The notes beneath the pieces were generated by a model, which did no database searches, was not told where the DNA came from, and worked only from the letters and a program-made list of their open reading frames with translations. From contig JAYSWN010000135.1 of the NCBI GenBank assembly GCA_043718025.1, forward strand, positions 1 through 57,942: DNA of 57,942 nt. Reading direction: 5' to 3'. Position numbers and translations under genes: made by a program. Shown here piece by piece: positions 21,088-29,834 of the stretch (positions are counted from its first letter, which is position 1; every line of letters starts with the position of its first letter). The stretch comes from Pseudomonadota bacterium. Lineage in GTDB: Bacteria; Bdellovibrionota; FAC87; UBA2466.

Positions 21088-22001
21088 GAGCCAAGCTCCG
21101 CGATCGAGTAAATGTTGCCGGCGTTAATCGCCGGGGCGAATTTACCCAGCCCGGTGCCATTTAGGAAGCCACTAGCCACTTTTCGCATCGCTGGTTTCAT
21201 GGGAAACATCTGCACCCAATAATTAAGTGGATAGCTATTGGTGACGCTTCCCGTATCCAACACGCGGAATCCACTCTCATTTAAGAGACGCGGCAGGGTT
21301 TGCTTACTGTAGAGGTAGATATGTTCAACATCGATGATCGGCGATTTTTCGCCGAGCACCTTTGCTTGTAGCGCCTCTACGTTGTGAGTGATGAAATAGA
21401 CCAGCCCACCAGGTTTTAAAACCTCGCGGCAGTGCTGCAAAAATTCTTTTGGATCGGGAATGTGGTCCAACGTCTGGAATGAGCAAATGAGGTCAAATTT
21501 TTCGTCGGCCACTGACTGACGCCCCATGAAAAAGTTGCTGGTGATGCGGCTCTTAACTTCTGGCCGGGCAAGATGCTTAGCTTCCTGGCTAGGCTCAAAT
21601 CCCATGACCTTGTTGACTCCGCGGGCGGTCAGTTCTTCTAAAAAGAAACCACTGCTGCAGCCCACTTCAATGGCCGACCCGCCTTTTAAGCGAAATTGAA
21701 AGCGGTCGAGGGGTCGCCAATAGTCGCGGCGCAGAACGTCCATTTGATCGGTGAAGGTAACCGCGCTCTCGCTGTAGAGTTCTTGAAGATCATTATCCGA
21801 AAGGGTTTCGCGTGAGAAAACTAGTCGGCAGTTTTCGCAGCGGACCATTCGGTAGTGAAAATGCTCGGTAGTACGGCGCGCCGAAAAGACCGCCGGCGTG
21901 AGATCCGAATCTTGAAACGTTTTGGGGTAAAGCTCTTTTAGCTTCTCGTTTTTGTCGCAAAACAAGCAATGCTTAGTGACGTATTTTCGTTGGCTGGCCA
22001 T
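21084..22001 (-). CDS. Class I SAM-dependent methyltransferase with N-terminal zinc ribbon
   Basis: CLFC and CENC pairs, IEVGCSSGFF, LDHIPDP and LKPGG. Confidence 0.9.
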   Translation of the reverse strand: MASQRKYVTKHCLFCDKNEKLKELYPKTFQDSDLTPAVFSARRTTEHFHYRMVRCENCRLVFSRETLSDNDLQELYSESAVTFTDQMDVLRRDYWRPLDRFQFRLKGGSAIEVGCSSGFFLEELTARGVNKVMGFEPSQEAKHLARPEVKSRITSNFFMGRQSVADEKFDLICSFQTLDHIPDPKEFLQHCREVLKPGGLVYFITHNVEALQAKVLGEKSPIIDVEHIYLYSKQTLPRLLNESGFRVLDTGSVTNSYPLNYWVQMFPMKPAMRKVASGFLNGTGLGKFAPAINAGNIYSIAELGS

Positions 22002-22012
22002 CGGCTAATCTC

Positions 22013-24013
22013 CTAAGTCTCCGCCCCTGAAGGGCCCACAACGCTATTTCGCTGTGATAAAAATTTATCCATTGCTCCCGCCGTCTTAAAATGTTGGCTG
22101 GCGAAGCGGATGGAGCGGCGAATGTATTTGGGCCGTTGTTTGGTCTCTTCAAAAATTTTACCCAGGTACTCACCAAGTACCGAGAGCCCCAGCATGTTGA
22201 TGCCGCCGAAGAAAAGGATAAGAACAATAATGGTGCTGATGCCGTGCGGGATAGTGGGATCAATAAACCGCATCACAATCTGAGAAATCAAAGCGAAGAA
22301 GGCTAGTAAGGTAAGCCCCATGCCACCGAACAGCATCAAGCTCATCGGTGCGAAACTGAAGTTGAAAATCGCTTTACGGGCCCACCAAAAATTTTTGAGC
22401 CAGTTGTTGGTGCTAACGCCGAACATGCGCTCGGGGCGGATGTAGTCGACACCAATCTGTTTAAAGCCAACCCACGCCCGCAAGCCCCGAAGAAATTGGT
22501 CGGTCTCGGGTAGTTTTAAAATCTGGTCAATAACTTTGCGATCCATCAACGAAAAATCACCGGCATCTACCGGAATCGGGATGTAGGCCAATTTTCGGAG
22601 AAGTCGATAAAAGATTTTGTAACAGAATTGCAGTACGAGGGTGGTTTCGCGCTTGATCCGGCGGCCGTAAACTACTTCGTAACCTTCCATCCACTTTTGG
22701 AAAAATGCCTCAATCATCTCCGGAGGGTCTTGCAGGTCGCCATCTAAAAGAACTACCGCATCGCCGGTGGAGACCGCCATGCCGTCTAAGAAGGCATTTT
22801 GCGAGCCAAAATTGCGAGAGTGCTCTAAAGCAATTACGTGCGGGTCGCGCTCGCATATTTCTGAAAGCACAGAGTCGGAATCATCGGGGCTAGCATCGTT
22901 CACGAAAATAATTTCGTAATCAACGCTTAGCTTTTGAAAAACCTCAGTTAACCGCTGGTGCATTACGGGAATGGCTTCGCCGTCGCGATAACAAGCCACC
23001 ACGGCGGACAGCCGGGGGGGGGCATCGCTGGCGAGACTTGGCACCATTTTGGGCAAAGGTCCGTTTGCTTCGCGCCACAATCGGGTTTTTGCTAACCCGT
23101 CGCTAAGAGAAGTGACCGCCTTCCATCCCAAGATCTTCTCGGCCGCGGCTGGGTCGGCGTACCAACTGCGAAGATCCCAGGCTCGGTTTGGCATGGTTCC
23201 CCAAATCGGCTCCTGCTCGATTTTAAAGAGAGCGCTGTTTGTCTTTACGATTTCGCGCAGGGTGGTTCGTTTGCCCGTACCAATATTTAGCGAGGCGCCG
23301 GGGGCTTGCTTGACCCCGATGGTGGCGGCTAAGAGCGCAGCGTGAACCACATCGTCTACGTAAATAAAATCGCGCGAGATTTCTGGCTCAACCAAAGTTG
23401 GCAGTGTGCCATTTAATCCGTGCTCAATCAGATTGGGAACCAGACGATCAGACTCTTCCCACGGGCCGTAAGCAGAATAGAGTCTCAAATTGATAGCGGG
23501 AAAGCCTTGCTGCTTACCCAAATACTTTAAAAGGTAAGCGGCCGAAACTTTGGATACGGCGTAATGGCTGTTGGGCTCAAGCTCTGCCTCTTCTTTCGGG
23601 GTTTCGCAATTTAAGCCGTACTCAGAGGAGGAACCGGCGTGTACGAGTGCTGAGATGCCGTGCTTCTTTGAAACTTCGATGATGTTGAGCAGTCCGATTA
23701 GATTCGTTTGATAAATCTTGATCGCGTCAGACTGCCGGGCGTAAGCGCCGTAGGCCGCAAAACAAAAGATGGTGCGGAACGGCAGTCGTTCAAATAATTT
23801 TGCGACGGATTGGGGCCGCGTGATGTCGCACTGGAGAACGTTTTGACGAGGAACGCCGAGAAGGCGCCATGGGGTAAAGGGCTGATGGGTGACCGCGTAC
23901 ACATCGTTTCGTTCGGCAAATACGGAACGAAACAGATTGGTGCCGATAAACCCGCCGGCGCCAAAAATGGCGATGGGCCCATCTAGTTTTTGAATTTCGT
24001 CTTTTAGATTCAT
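22013..24013 (-). CDS. Fused NAD-dependent epimerase/dehydratase and GT2 polyprenol-phosphate glycosyltransferase (GtrB/ArnC-like)
   Basis: N-half has GAGGFIG, SSSEYG and YAVSK. C-half has FVNDASPD, RNFG, DGDLQDPP, GDFSLMDR and two TM helices. Confidence 0.9.
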   Translation of the reverse strand: MNLKDEIQKLDGPIAIFGAGGFIGTNLFRSVFAERNDVYAVTHQPFTPWRLLGVPRQNVLQCDITRPQSVAKLFERLPFRTIFCFAAYGAYARQSDAIKIYQTNLIGLLNIIEVSKKHGISALVHAGSSSEYGLNCETPKEEAELEPNSHYAVSKVSAAYLLKYLGKQQGFPAINLRLYSAYGPWEESDRLVPNLIEHGLNGTLPTLVEPEISRDFIYVDDVVHAALLAATIGVKQAPGASLNIGTGKRTTLREIVKTNSALFKIEQEPIWGTMPNRAWDLRSWYADPAAAEKILGWKAVTSLSDGLAKTRLWREANGPLPKMVPSLASDAPPRLSAVVACYRDGEAIPVMHQRLTEVFQKLSVDYEIIFVNDASPDDSDSVLSEICERDPHVIALEHSRNFGSQNAFLDGMAVSTGDAVVLLDGDLQDPPEMIEAFFQKWMEGYEVVYGRRIKRETTLVLQFCYKIFYRLLRKLAYIPIPVDAGDFSLMDRKVIDQILKLPETDQFLRGLRAWVGFKQIGVDYIRPERMFGVSTNNWLKNFWWARKAIFNFSFAPMSLMLFGGMGLTLLAFFALISQIVMRFIDPTIPHGISTIIVLILFFGGINMLGLSVLGEYLGKIFEETKQRPKYIRRSIRFASQHFKTAGAMDKFLSQRNSVVGPSGAET

Positions 24014-24972
24014 TGCGAAAGTTCCGGGCTAGGCGTGCGTTGTACGAAAGGCATTGGCCGATCTTTTCTGATATTTAAGAAAGCGAGCAGTCGACCTTTG
24101 AGCGGCGCGCCGGCCAAACCATTTTCTTCCCAATGCCAATTCTGCGACCCGTAGCGCCCCGAGGGGTAGCCGTTGGCCGATAGCGGTAAATAATGAATCG
24201 GACTCTGTAAGCGCCCGAGCAGAAGGTGAGAAACCGCCTGCCCTAGCCCTCCCGCGGCGACGTGCTCGTCTAGAGTAATTAGCGAACCGCAGCGTTCGAT
24301 GTGGCGCACGATCTCTCCCGGAATTTCGGTAAGGGGAAATTGCGAAATATCGTAAATGGCAATTGAGTCGGAAGGGAACTCCGGCAGGATTTGAAGTAGA
24401 GCCTTAAGGATTGGTCCGGAGCCAACGGCGACCGCGCGGTTTCCGTTCGCGATCTTTCGCCAGTTTTCAGCGGGCGCCAGCCCCTTGCGTTGGTTTCCCT
24501 GGCCGAGCCGAACGTAAGACGGGCCGTGCGTCTGGTGAGCCAGCGCCAGCACATCGACAACGTCTTCGCTAAAACAGGGCACGCGCACTTTCATGTGGGG
24601 AAGCATTTGCAGGCAGCCCACGTCTTCGAGCGTGTGATGAGTGCTGCCCATGATGCCGTAGCCATACCCGCCACCGTTGCCCACAATTTTTACGTCGAGG
24701 TTATGCAAGCACACGTCGTTGCGCAGCTGTTCGTACGGGCGCAGGGTTACAAAAGGGGCGATGCTGTATAGCCATGGTTGAAAGCCGCGAGCCGCAAGGC
24801 CGGCGGCAACTGAAACCATGTTTTGTTCGGCGACGCCGGCATTAAGAAAACGATTTTTCAATTCATCGCGAAGTGGCTCGAGCGCCATGAATCCTAAATC
24901 ACCCGTAAGAAATAAAATACGTTCATCGCGTCGGGCCAAGTCTAAAAATGCGGCGACGAACTCTTTACGCAT
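24010..24972 (-). CDS. Transketolase, C-terminal (pyrimidine-binding) subunit
   Basis: LTGDLG, NAGVAEQNM, RPYEQLRND, GSTHH and DEH...GGLG. Confidence 0.92.
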   Translation of the reverse strand: MRKEFVAAFLDLARRDERILFLTGDLGFMALEPLRDELKNRFLNAGVAEQNMVSVAAGLAARGFQPWLYSIAPFVTLRPYEQLRNDVCLHNLDVKIVGNGGGYGYGIMGSTHHTLEDVGCLQMLPHMKVRVPCFSEDVVDVLALAHQTHGPSYVRLGQGNQRKGLAPAENWRKIANGNRAVAVGSGPILKALLQILPEFPSDSIAIYDISQFPLTEIPGEIVRHIERCGSLITLDEHVAAGGLGQAVSHLLLGRLQSPIHYLPLSANGYPSGRYGSQNWHWEENGLAGAPLKGRLLAFLNIRKDRPMPFVQRTPSPELSQ

Positions 24973-25813
24973 TAGGTTTGTCCAAACTTTGCATCATTCG
25001 CTCGTACTGCTCAATGGTAAGCGGAAGGTAATGACAGCCCACGGTGTCTTCAGTGTCTCCCATGCCGTGCCCTTTCTTGGTATGGCAAATGAGAACCCGC
25101 GGCTTGGTGTCAGGACCAAGGAGCAAACTCTGTCGCGCTTGTTCAAGCGAAGCGAAGTCGTGGCCATCGGCTTCGGCAACCTTCCAGCCGAACGCTTCGA
25201 GCTTTTGGCGCAGGGGTTCGAGCTGCATGACGTCTTCGGTTTTTCCGAAACCCTGAATGCGGTTTCTATCGATCAGCCAAAAGAGCGAGGTTAATTTGTG
25301 GTGGGCCGCAAACATCGCGGCTTCCCAAATGGTGCCCTCGTTGAGTTCACCATCCGAAGTGACGCAAAAGACCTGGGCATCGGAGCCCTTGAGCTTGTCG
25401 CCGAGACTTAAACCTGCCGCCAGCGAGAGGCCGTGGCCCAGACTTCCCGTAGCGAAACGAATGCCCTTGAGTTTTGCTGGCGGGGGATGCGCCGAGAGCA
25501 AAGTGCCGTCTTGGTAAAAAGTGGCAATCTCTGCTTCAGACAGGGTGCCGTCTTCGGCCAGTAGCGAGTAGAGCACCGCGGCGGCATGCCCCTTTGAGAG
25601 TAAGATCTCGTCGTTTGGCTTCATCCATCCGAAGCGGATGAAGGTTAGTAGTTCAGCGCAAGAGAGCGAGCAACCTACGTGTCCGGCATTGGCGCTTCGG
25701 TACATAGCGAGGAAGCGGCGCTTAATGTTCTGATTGTGGAGCCGTAGGGGCTCGATTTCGAAGGCGGTGGTCATGGGCTTTAGGCTTCGGTTTTCGTGCT
25801 GGTTTTGTATCAT
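24965..25813 (-). CDS. Transketolase, N-terminal (ThDP-binding) subunit
   Basis: GHVG, LSKGHA, TGSLGHGL, SDGELNEG...N and TKKGHG; strong RBS GAGGGGGG. Confidence 0.93.
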   Translation of the reverse strand: MIQNQHENRSLKPMTTAFEIEPLRLHNQNIKRRFLAMYRSANAGHVGCSLSCAELLTFIRFGWMKPNDEILLSKGHAAAVLYSLLAEDGTLSEAEIATFYQDGTLLSAHPPPAKLKGIRFATGSLGHGLSLAAGLSLGDKLKGSDAQVFCVTSDGELNEGTIWEAAMFAAHHKLTSLFWLIDRNRIQGFGKTEDVMQLEPLRQKLEAFGWKVAEADGHDFASLEQARQSLLLGPDTKPRVLICHTKKGHGMGDTEDTVGCHYLPLTIEQYERMMQSLDKPNA

Positions 25814-25888
25814 AGCCCCCCTCAGCGTGCCTACGCAAAGTGCTTTGGAGGCCGCCGCACGGTTAACGATGCTTCGGCCGCGGGCTTC

Positions 25889-26620
25889 TTAATTTTCGAG
25901 GCGAGTTCGGCAGCTGGCACTGGCTTTGACCAGTTCGGCACGCAATTCTTTTTGACTCTCCACGACGAAAGAATTCTCAATCCCGGTTACCGTTAACGGG
26001 CCGGTTTTGAAGGTCACCTGAATTTTATCGCAAAGTTGAACGGGTATCTCTACGACCAAAGACGCCTCCGCGGGTAGTCGGTCGAGGCTGGCCCCTTCGT
26101 CCAGAGAGATATCCCTACCGAAAGTAAGCGGCCCCCAGAATGTGCACCAGCCAGAGCATTGGGTTCCACCCGGTTGAAGCCTAAAAGCATCTCCAACCAG
26201 TATTTGGCCCTCTTCTTCGCCCTTTCGAACGAACGGGATTCTATCTATGGCACTGGCGAAGAAAGCATAATCCAAGGGTTTTCCGTATCTCGCCACGTGG
26301 TCGTGAGATTTAAAACGTGCTGGGCCGTCGATAAAGACTCGGTTTTCTCTGGGCTTTTTGAGCAACTGAATAGTGGCCTTAAGCTTTGACTCACTTGAAT
26401 AATCGCCAGAAACAGTAATTTGGTTGGCATTCGTATCGACGAAATGAAGTCTGATGGTGCCGTATTCGTTCTCTATGGACAGGGGGAGGCCTGGGCGCAC
26501 AGAGATAACCTGCTGGAATTTAGTTCCGACAATGGCAAACTCTTCGCGTTCGGTCGCGGCCTGAAGGACGAAAAGAGGGACGAAAAGGGCGGCAAATACA
26601 AAGCGTTTAATCTTCGACAT
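25889..26620 (-). CDS. Hypothetical secreted protein
   Basis: 243-aa ORF with RBS AGGAGG and a signal peptide (MSKIKRFVFAALFVPLFVLQA); no family recognised. Confidence 0.7.
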   Translation of the reverse strand: MSKIKRFVFAALFVPLFVLQAATEREEFAIVGTKFQQVISVRPGLPLSIENEYGTIRLHFVDTNANQITVSGDYSSESKLKATIQLLKKPRENRVFIDGPARFKSHDHVARYGKPLDYAFFASAIDRIPFVRKGEEEGQILVGDAFRLQPGGTQCSGWCTFWGPLTFGRDISLDEGASLDRLPAEASLVVEIPVQLCDKIQVTFKTGPLTVTGIENSFVVESQKELRAELVKASASCRTRLEN

Positions 26621-26754
26621 AGGGGCCTCCTGCACGTGGAAAGCGGTGTAGCACAGGGGGGTGCCCTGAGGAAGGAAAAGAACCTTTTTACAGGTAAGAA
26701 TTTACAGAGTTGGTCTAATTCAGTTGGGGAGGCCTAGTTTGATGAGTGAAAGGC

Positions 26755-26787
26755 AAAAAAAAGGAGCCAACCCGAGGGTGGCTCCTT
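26755..26787 (-). terminator. Rho-independent terminator after the Gly-rich lipoprotein gene
   Basis: On the minus strand, a stem AAGGAGCCA...TGGCTCCTT runs into a T-tract. Confidence 0.85.
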
Positions 26788-26812
26788 AAGTAAATCTTTG
26801 GAAAATACTGGG

Positions 26813-27196
26813 CTACCAGCCGACGTATCCGCCGCCGTTAGGGCCGCCCCAACTGACACTGCCACCGCCGTACTGACCGCCGCCGTACTGTCCGCCGCCG
26901 TACTGTCCGCCGCCGTACTGTCCGCCGCCGTACTGTCCACCCCAACCAATGTTGCCACCGCCGTACTGTCCACCACCGCCGTACTGTCCACCACCACCGT
27001 ACTGTCCACCACCGCCGAACTGGCCACCACCGCCGAACTGGCCATTGCCATTAGGATTTTGCTGTTGCGGATTAGTAGCAGGAGGCGGAATCGGGGGCGG
27101 GGGTGCCTGAGTCTGTTTTCCGCAGGCAGAAACGAGTAGTAGGATGGCTAGAAACGAAAGTGCTTTTTTGTGGGACTGATTTTTTGAAATCGACAT
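26813..27196 (-). CDS. Gly/Gln/Tyr-repeat lipoprotein
   Basis: Lipobox LVSA-C, a Pro-rich linker and GGG(G)Q[YF] repeats; has its own promoter, RBS and terminator. Confidence 0.85.
   Translation of the reverse strand: MSISKNQSHKKALSFLAILLLVSACGKQTQAPPPPIPPPATNPQQQNPNGNGQFGGGGQFGGGGQYGGGGQYGGGGQYGGGNIGWGGQYGGGQYGGGQYGGGQYGGGQYGGGSVSWGGPNGGGYVGW
26862..27041. repeat. Coding tandem repeats: five 15-bp and about five 18-bp units
   Basis: CCGCCGCCGTACTGT-type units at 26862-26936 and CCACCACCGCCG(T/A)ACTG(T/G)-type units at ~26952-27041. Confidence 0.95.
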
Positions 27197-27228
27197 GCAA
27201 GAACCCCCCTGGCTCGGTGGAGTCTCAG

Positions 27229-27244
27229 TGCAGATCGGATGCCA
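27229..27244 (-). promoter_or_regulatory. Sigma54 promoter of the Gly-rich lipoprotein gene
   Basis: The minus strand reads TGGCATCCGATCTGCA (GG-N10-GC), 33 nt upstream of the ATG. Confidence 0.7.
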
Positions 27245-27400
27245 GGCAAAGTGACTTCAACGGTCACAAACGGTTAGGAAAATGCCGTTTTTCGGCAGCT
27301 AACATTCCGTAGATTGTTCCAAATTCAATTCAAGCAGGAGTTTTGAGGTTTAGAGCCTAGGACGGCACGAAATCAATGCGGTTGGAGTCGCTAAATTACT

Positions 27401-27476
27401 TGGTGCGCCGGCCCGGACTTGAACCGGGGGCCCGCTGATTAAGAGTCAACTGCTCTACCAACTGAGCTACCGGCGC
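27401..27476 (-). tRNA. tRNA-Lys(CTT)
   Basis: GCGCCGGTAGCTCAGTTGGTAGAGCAGTTGACTCTTAATCAGC...GGTTCAAGTCC...GGCGCACCA forms a cloverleaf with anticodon CTT and encoded CCA. Confidence 0.97.
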
Positions 27477-27609
27477 GCGCTCAACAAACGTACTACGCAA
27501 CGTAAGTGGATGAGAAATAACCCAGAGCGTTGATTTTGTCCAGAAATGGCTCGCAGCGACAAGCCAACCAAGAAACTTCAAAACTATCTCTGAAAAGAGG
27601 GTTCGCTAA

Positions 27610-27740
27610 CCGAGAAAAGTGAGGGAGTTCTCACGGGCCCATTTGTTAAAAAATAGGCCCGTGAGAGGAGAGGGAAACCAACGAAAATGGGACCGGGTTC
27701 TCAAAGTAACTAGCGAAGCTTTGAGCACCTTGCCCCACAG
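27610..27740 (-). ncRNA. Candidate small RNA (two hairpins with a CU-rich linker)
   Basis: Hairpins at 27688-27737 and 27629-27666 whose G-U pairs form only on the minus strand, with a promoter-like motif directly upstream. Boundaries are approximate. Confidence 0.45.
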
Positions 27741-27745
27741 TGAGG

Positions 27746-27773
27746 TAACGGTTTACGGGCTTAATTTGTGACA
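27746..27773 (-). promoter_or_regulatory. ECF sigma-type promoter
   Basis: The minus strand reads TGTCACA-N16-CGTTA, close to the ECF41-type TGTCACA-N16-CGTC. Confidence 0.5.
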
Positions 27774-27782
27774 AGGCACCGC

Positions 27783-29273
27783 CTATTTTCTGCAAAGAAA
27801 TAATGCCCAGGGCCGCCAATGTAGGCGAATGAGCCGCTCAATCTCAGTGCCCCCAATCCAGTGAGAAATTTTGGCGTCTAGTGGCTTGCAATGGGGATGG
27901 CTGCGAAGAAAGATGCCTCCTTCTTCAAAGAGGTGAGCCGCCACGAAAAGGTCTTCGCCCCCGGCCTGAATTTTTTTATCGATGTCGAACTGGCTCACTC
28001 CCGTAAACACCTTGAGATCAGCGCGGCGGTAGAAAAAAGAGTTCTTACCGTGGAAGGCGTAGGGATCTTGCTCAAGGGAGTAAAGCCTATTCACTCCGTA
28101 ATTCCAGACTGAGCGAAATAACGGAATCTCCGATTGCGCGGGACTGACGGTGGCGTAGCCTAACGCAAATAGATTGGTGACTAACAGGATTGTGTAAAGA
28201 AAGCGAAGGGCCTGCGCTTGAAACAGTGTCGGTCGCGTTTCCACTAATTTTTGCATGGCGAGCAAAATTGGGATCCACGCGAAGCACGCCAGGGGGGACA
28301 GATCAACGAGCGCGCGTGGTGAGTAGAACAACAGAGAAAGAAAATAAAAAGCCGTGATCCAGGTGAGACTAAGTTTTGGTTTTTGGGTCCACGCCCACAA
28401 GCTTCCGAAAATGAGCGTAAGTCCCCACACCGGCGGCGATTCAGTGATTAGCCAGATAAAATAATTCCACCATGGCGCTGTTTCACCGGCGACGCGCACC
28501 AGAAAAAGGTGCTGATAAAAATAGGGCGCCGCGGGAAAAGCCCAGTGGCCATAACCCCAGCGATTTAAAAGGGCGACAAGTAAAAGGCCTACGACGCTAC
28601 CCGCTTTAAGCCAAGCGTGTGTGCTGATGCGGTTTCGTCCAAAACATAAAAACCAGACCGAGGCCGGAATTATTAGAAATAACGACCAGTAGTGGGCTTC
28701 AAACGCCAGCGCGATCAGCACGCCGCTGGCAAAGGCCGTCCAACGAGACAGACAACGGTCTTGCTGCACTGAGATTATCAGCGGCAAATAGGCCAAAAGA
28801 AAAAGGCTGCGGGAGACGCCTTCGGCAGAAAAACGGGCGCTAAGTAACGGCAGAAACCAGATCAGACTTAACCCAAACAGGACCACTTTTTTAAGCGGTG
28901 ACTCGTCGAACCAACCGTCGGCGGCTCGCATCAACGTGAGGGCGGCAAAGATGGCCAGCAACGCCGCCAGAATTCGTAGGGTGGTAGCGATGCAGAACGG
29001 ATCAAAATCAATGATCACGCTCGTCACTTTGGCGAGCGCCACCACCACGGCCGGGAGCAGCCAAGACTGACTTTTTAGTGCAACGGAATCGGGCAGTGCC
29101 TCTTTCGGAGTCAGTCCTAGTTTATAATTGGCGGTTTCGAGCACCATAAAGTGTTCGGCGGTATCGAGAAAGCCTTGAGAGAAAAAGGCGGCCGAGAGAT
29201 AAGTGAGAAAGAGCAGTAAAACGGCTAGACGGAACTGTTGTCGTGACTTTGATGGCGTGGACGAAGTGAACAT
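27783..29273 (-). CDS. Alg9/PIG-B-like (GT22-like) GT-C membrane glycosyltransferase
   Basis: About 11 TM segments, EHFMVLE in loop 1, SWLLP, RFSAEG, RWGYGHW and PWWNY. Start placed at ATG 29273. Confidence 0.7.
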   Translation of the reverse strand: MFTSSTPSKSRQQFRLAVLLLFLTYLSAAFFSQGFLDTAEHFMVLETANYKLGLTPKEALPDSVALKSQSWLLPAVVVALAKVTSVIIDFDPFCIATTLRILAALLAIFAALTLMRAADGWFDESPLKKVVLFGLSLIWFLPLLSARFSAEGVSRSLFLLAYLPLIISVQQDRCLSRWTAFASGVLIALAFEAHYWSLFLIIPASVWFLCFGRNRISTHAWLKAGSVVGLLLVALLNRWGYGHWAFPAAPYFYQHLFLVRVAGETAPWWNYFIWLITESPPVWGLTLIFGSLWAWTQKPKLSLTWITAFYFLSLLFYSPRALVDLSPLACFAWIPILLAMQKLVETRPTLFQAQALRFLYTILLVTNLFALGYATVSPAQSEIPLFRSVWNYGVNRLYSLEQDPYAFHGKNSFFYRRADLKVFTGVSQFDIDKKIQAGGEDLFVAAHLFEEGGIFLRSHPHCKPLDAKISHWIGGTEIERLIRLHWRPWALFLCRK

Positions 29274-29333
29274 GCCCAAATGATAGCGGGGGGGCCCCTT
29301 TCTCAACAAACGCTTTTCCCTTAAAGTTAGCGA

Positions 29334-29834
29334 ATGCGTGCATATTTAGCAGTTTTATTTTTAGCGGGTGCGTTATCGGCGCTCGGCGATTCGTTAGAGG
29401 GCAAAGCCTCTCGAGTTCTGGCGGGAGATCGATTAATTGTGAACGATGGGAAAACAAAACTCACCGTTCAATTGGTTGGCATTAAAGCGCCGGTGGAAGG
29501 ACAGCTTTTTTTTCACCCCTCGCTAGCTTCACTAAAAAAACTGGTGGGTAAGAAGGTGCTTTTAATCGAATGGGACAAGGTGGAAGACCGTTGCCGTAGG
29601 CGCCCCGACCGCTGCCCTAAGGTGGGCCGAGTGACCGCCGGAAACTTAGATCTTAGTCTAGAACAGGTGAGATTAGGCATGGCCTGGCACGACATCCGCA
29701 AACTGGGCGATCAGACCACCCCGGATCGAACGCTTTATAGCGAGGCTGAAGAGCAGGCGCGGGCCCGCGGCCTGGGTTTGTGGAAGTATAAAAAACCTCT
29801 GGCTCCCTGGAAATTTGCGCCTAAATCAAACTGA
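29334..29834 (+). CDS. Thermonuclease (SNase)-family protein with a degenerate active site
   Basis: Signal peptide, VLAGDRL, LVGIKAP, QVRLGMAW and AEEQARARGLGLW...PW. Confidence 0.85.
   Translation: MRAYLAVLFLAGALSALGDSLEGKASRVLAGDRLIVNDGKTKLTVQLVGIKAPVEGQLFFHPSLASLKKLVGKKVLLIEWDKVEDRCRRRPDRCPKVGRVTAGNLDLSLEQVRLGMAWHDIRKLGDQTTPDRTLYSEAEEQARARGLGLWKYKKPLAPWKFAPKSN

Noticed and set aside
26651..26666. Sigma54-like GGGCAC...TGC upstream of the 26620 gene
   Set aside because: The GG-to-GC spacing is 11 nt rather than the required 10.
26862..27041. Repeat array as a possible CRISPR
   Set aside because: The units are contiguous with no unique spacers, their lengths are multiples of three, and no cas genes are present.
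26734..27139. Alternative-frame repeat ORFs (STAAD repeats on minus, AAVLS repeats on plus)
   Set aside because: They are shadows of the 15/18-bp repeat. Only the Gly-rich frame has a lipobox, RBS, promoter and terminator.
27687..27713. Tiny plus-strand ORF MGPGSQSN after AGGAGAG
   Set aside because: The SD-like sequence is 14 nt from the ATG, and the G-U pairing pattern favours a minus-strand RNA.
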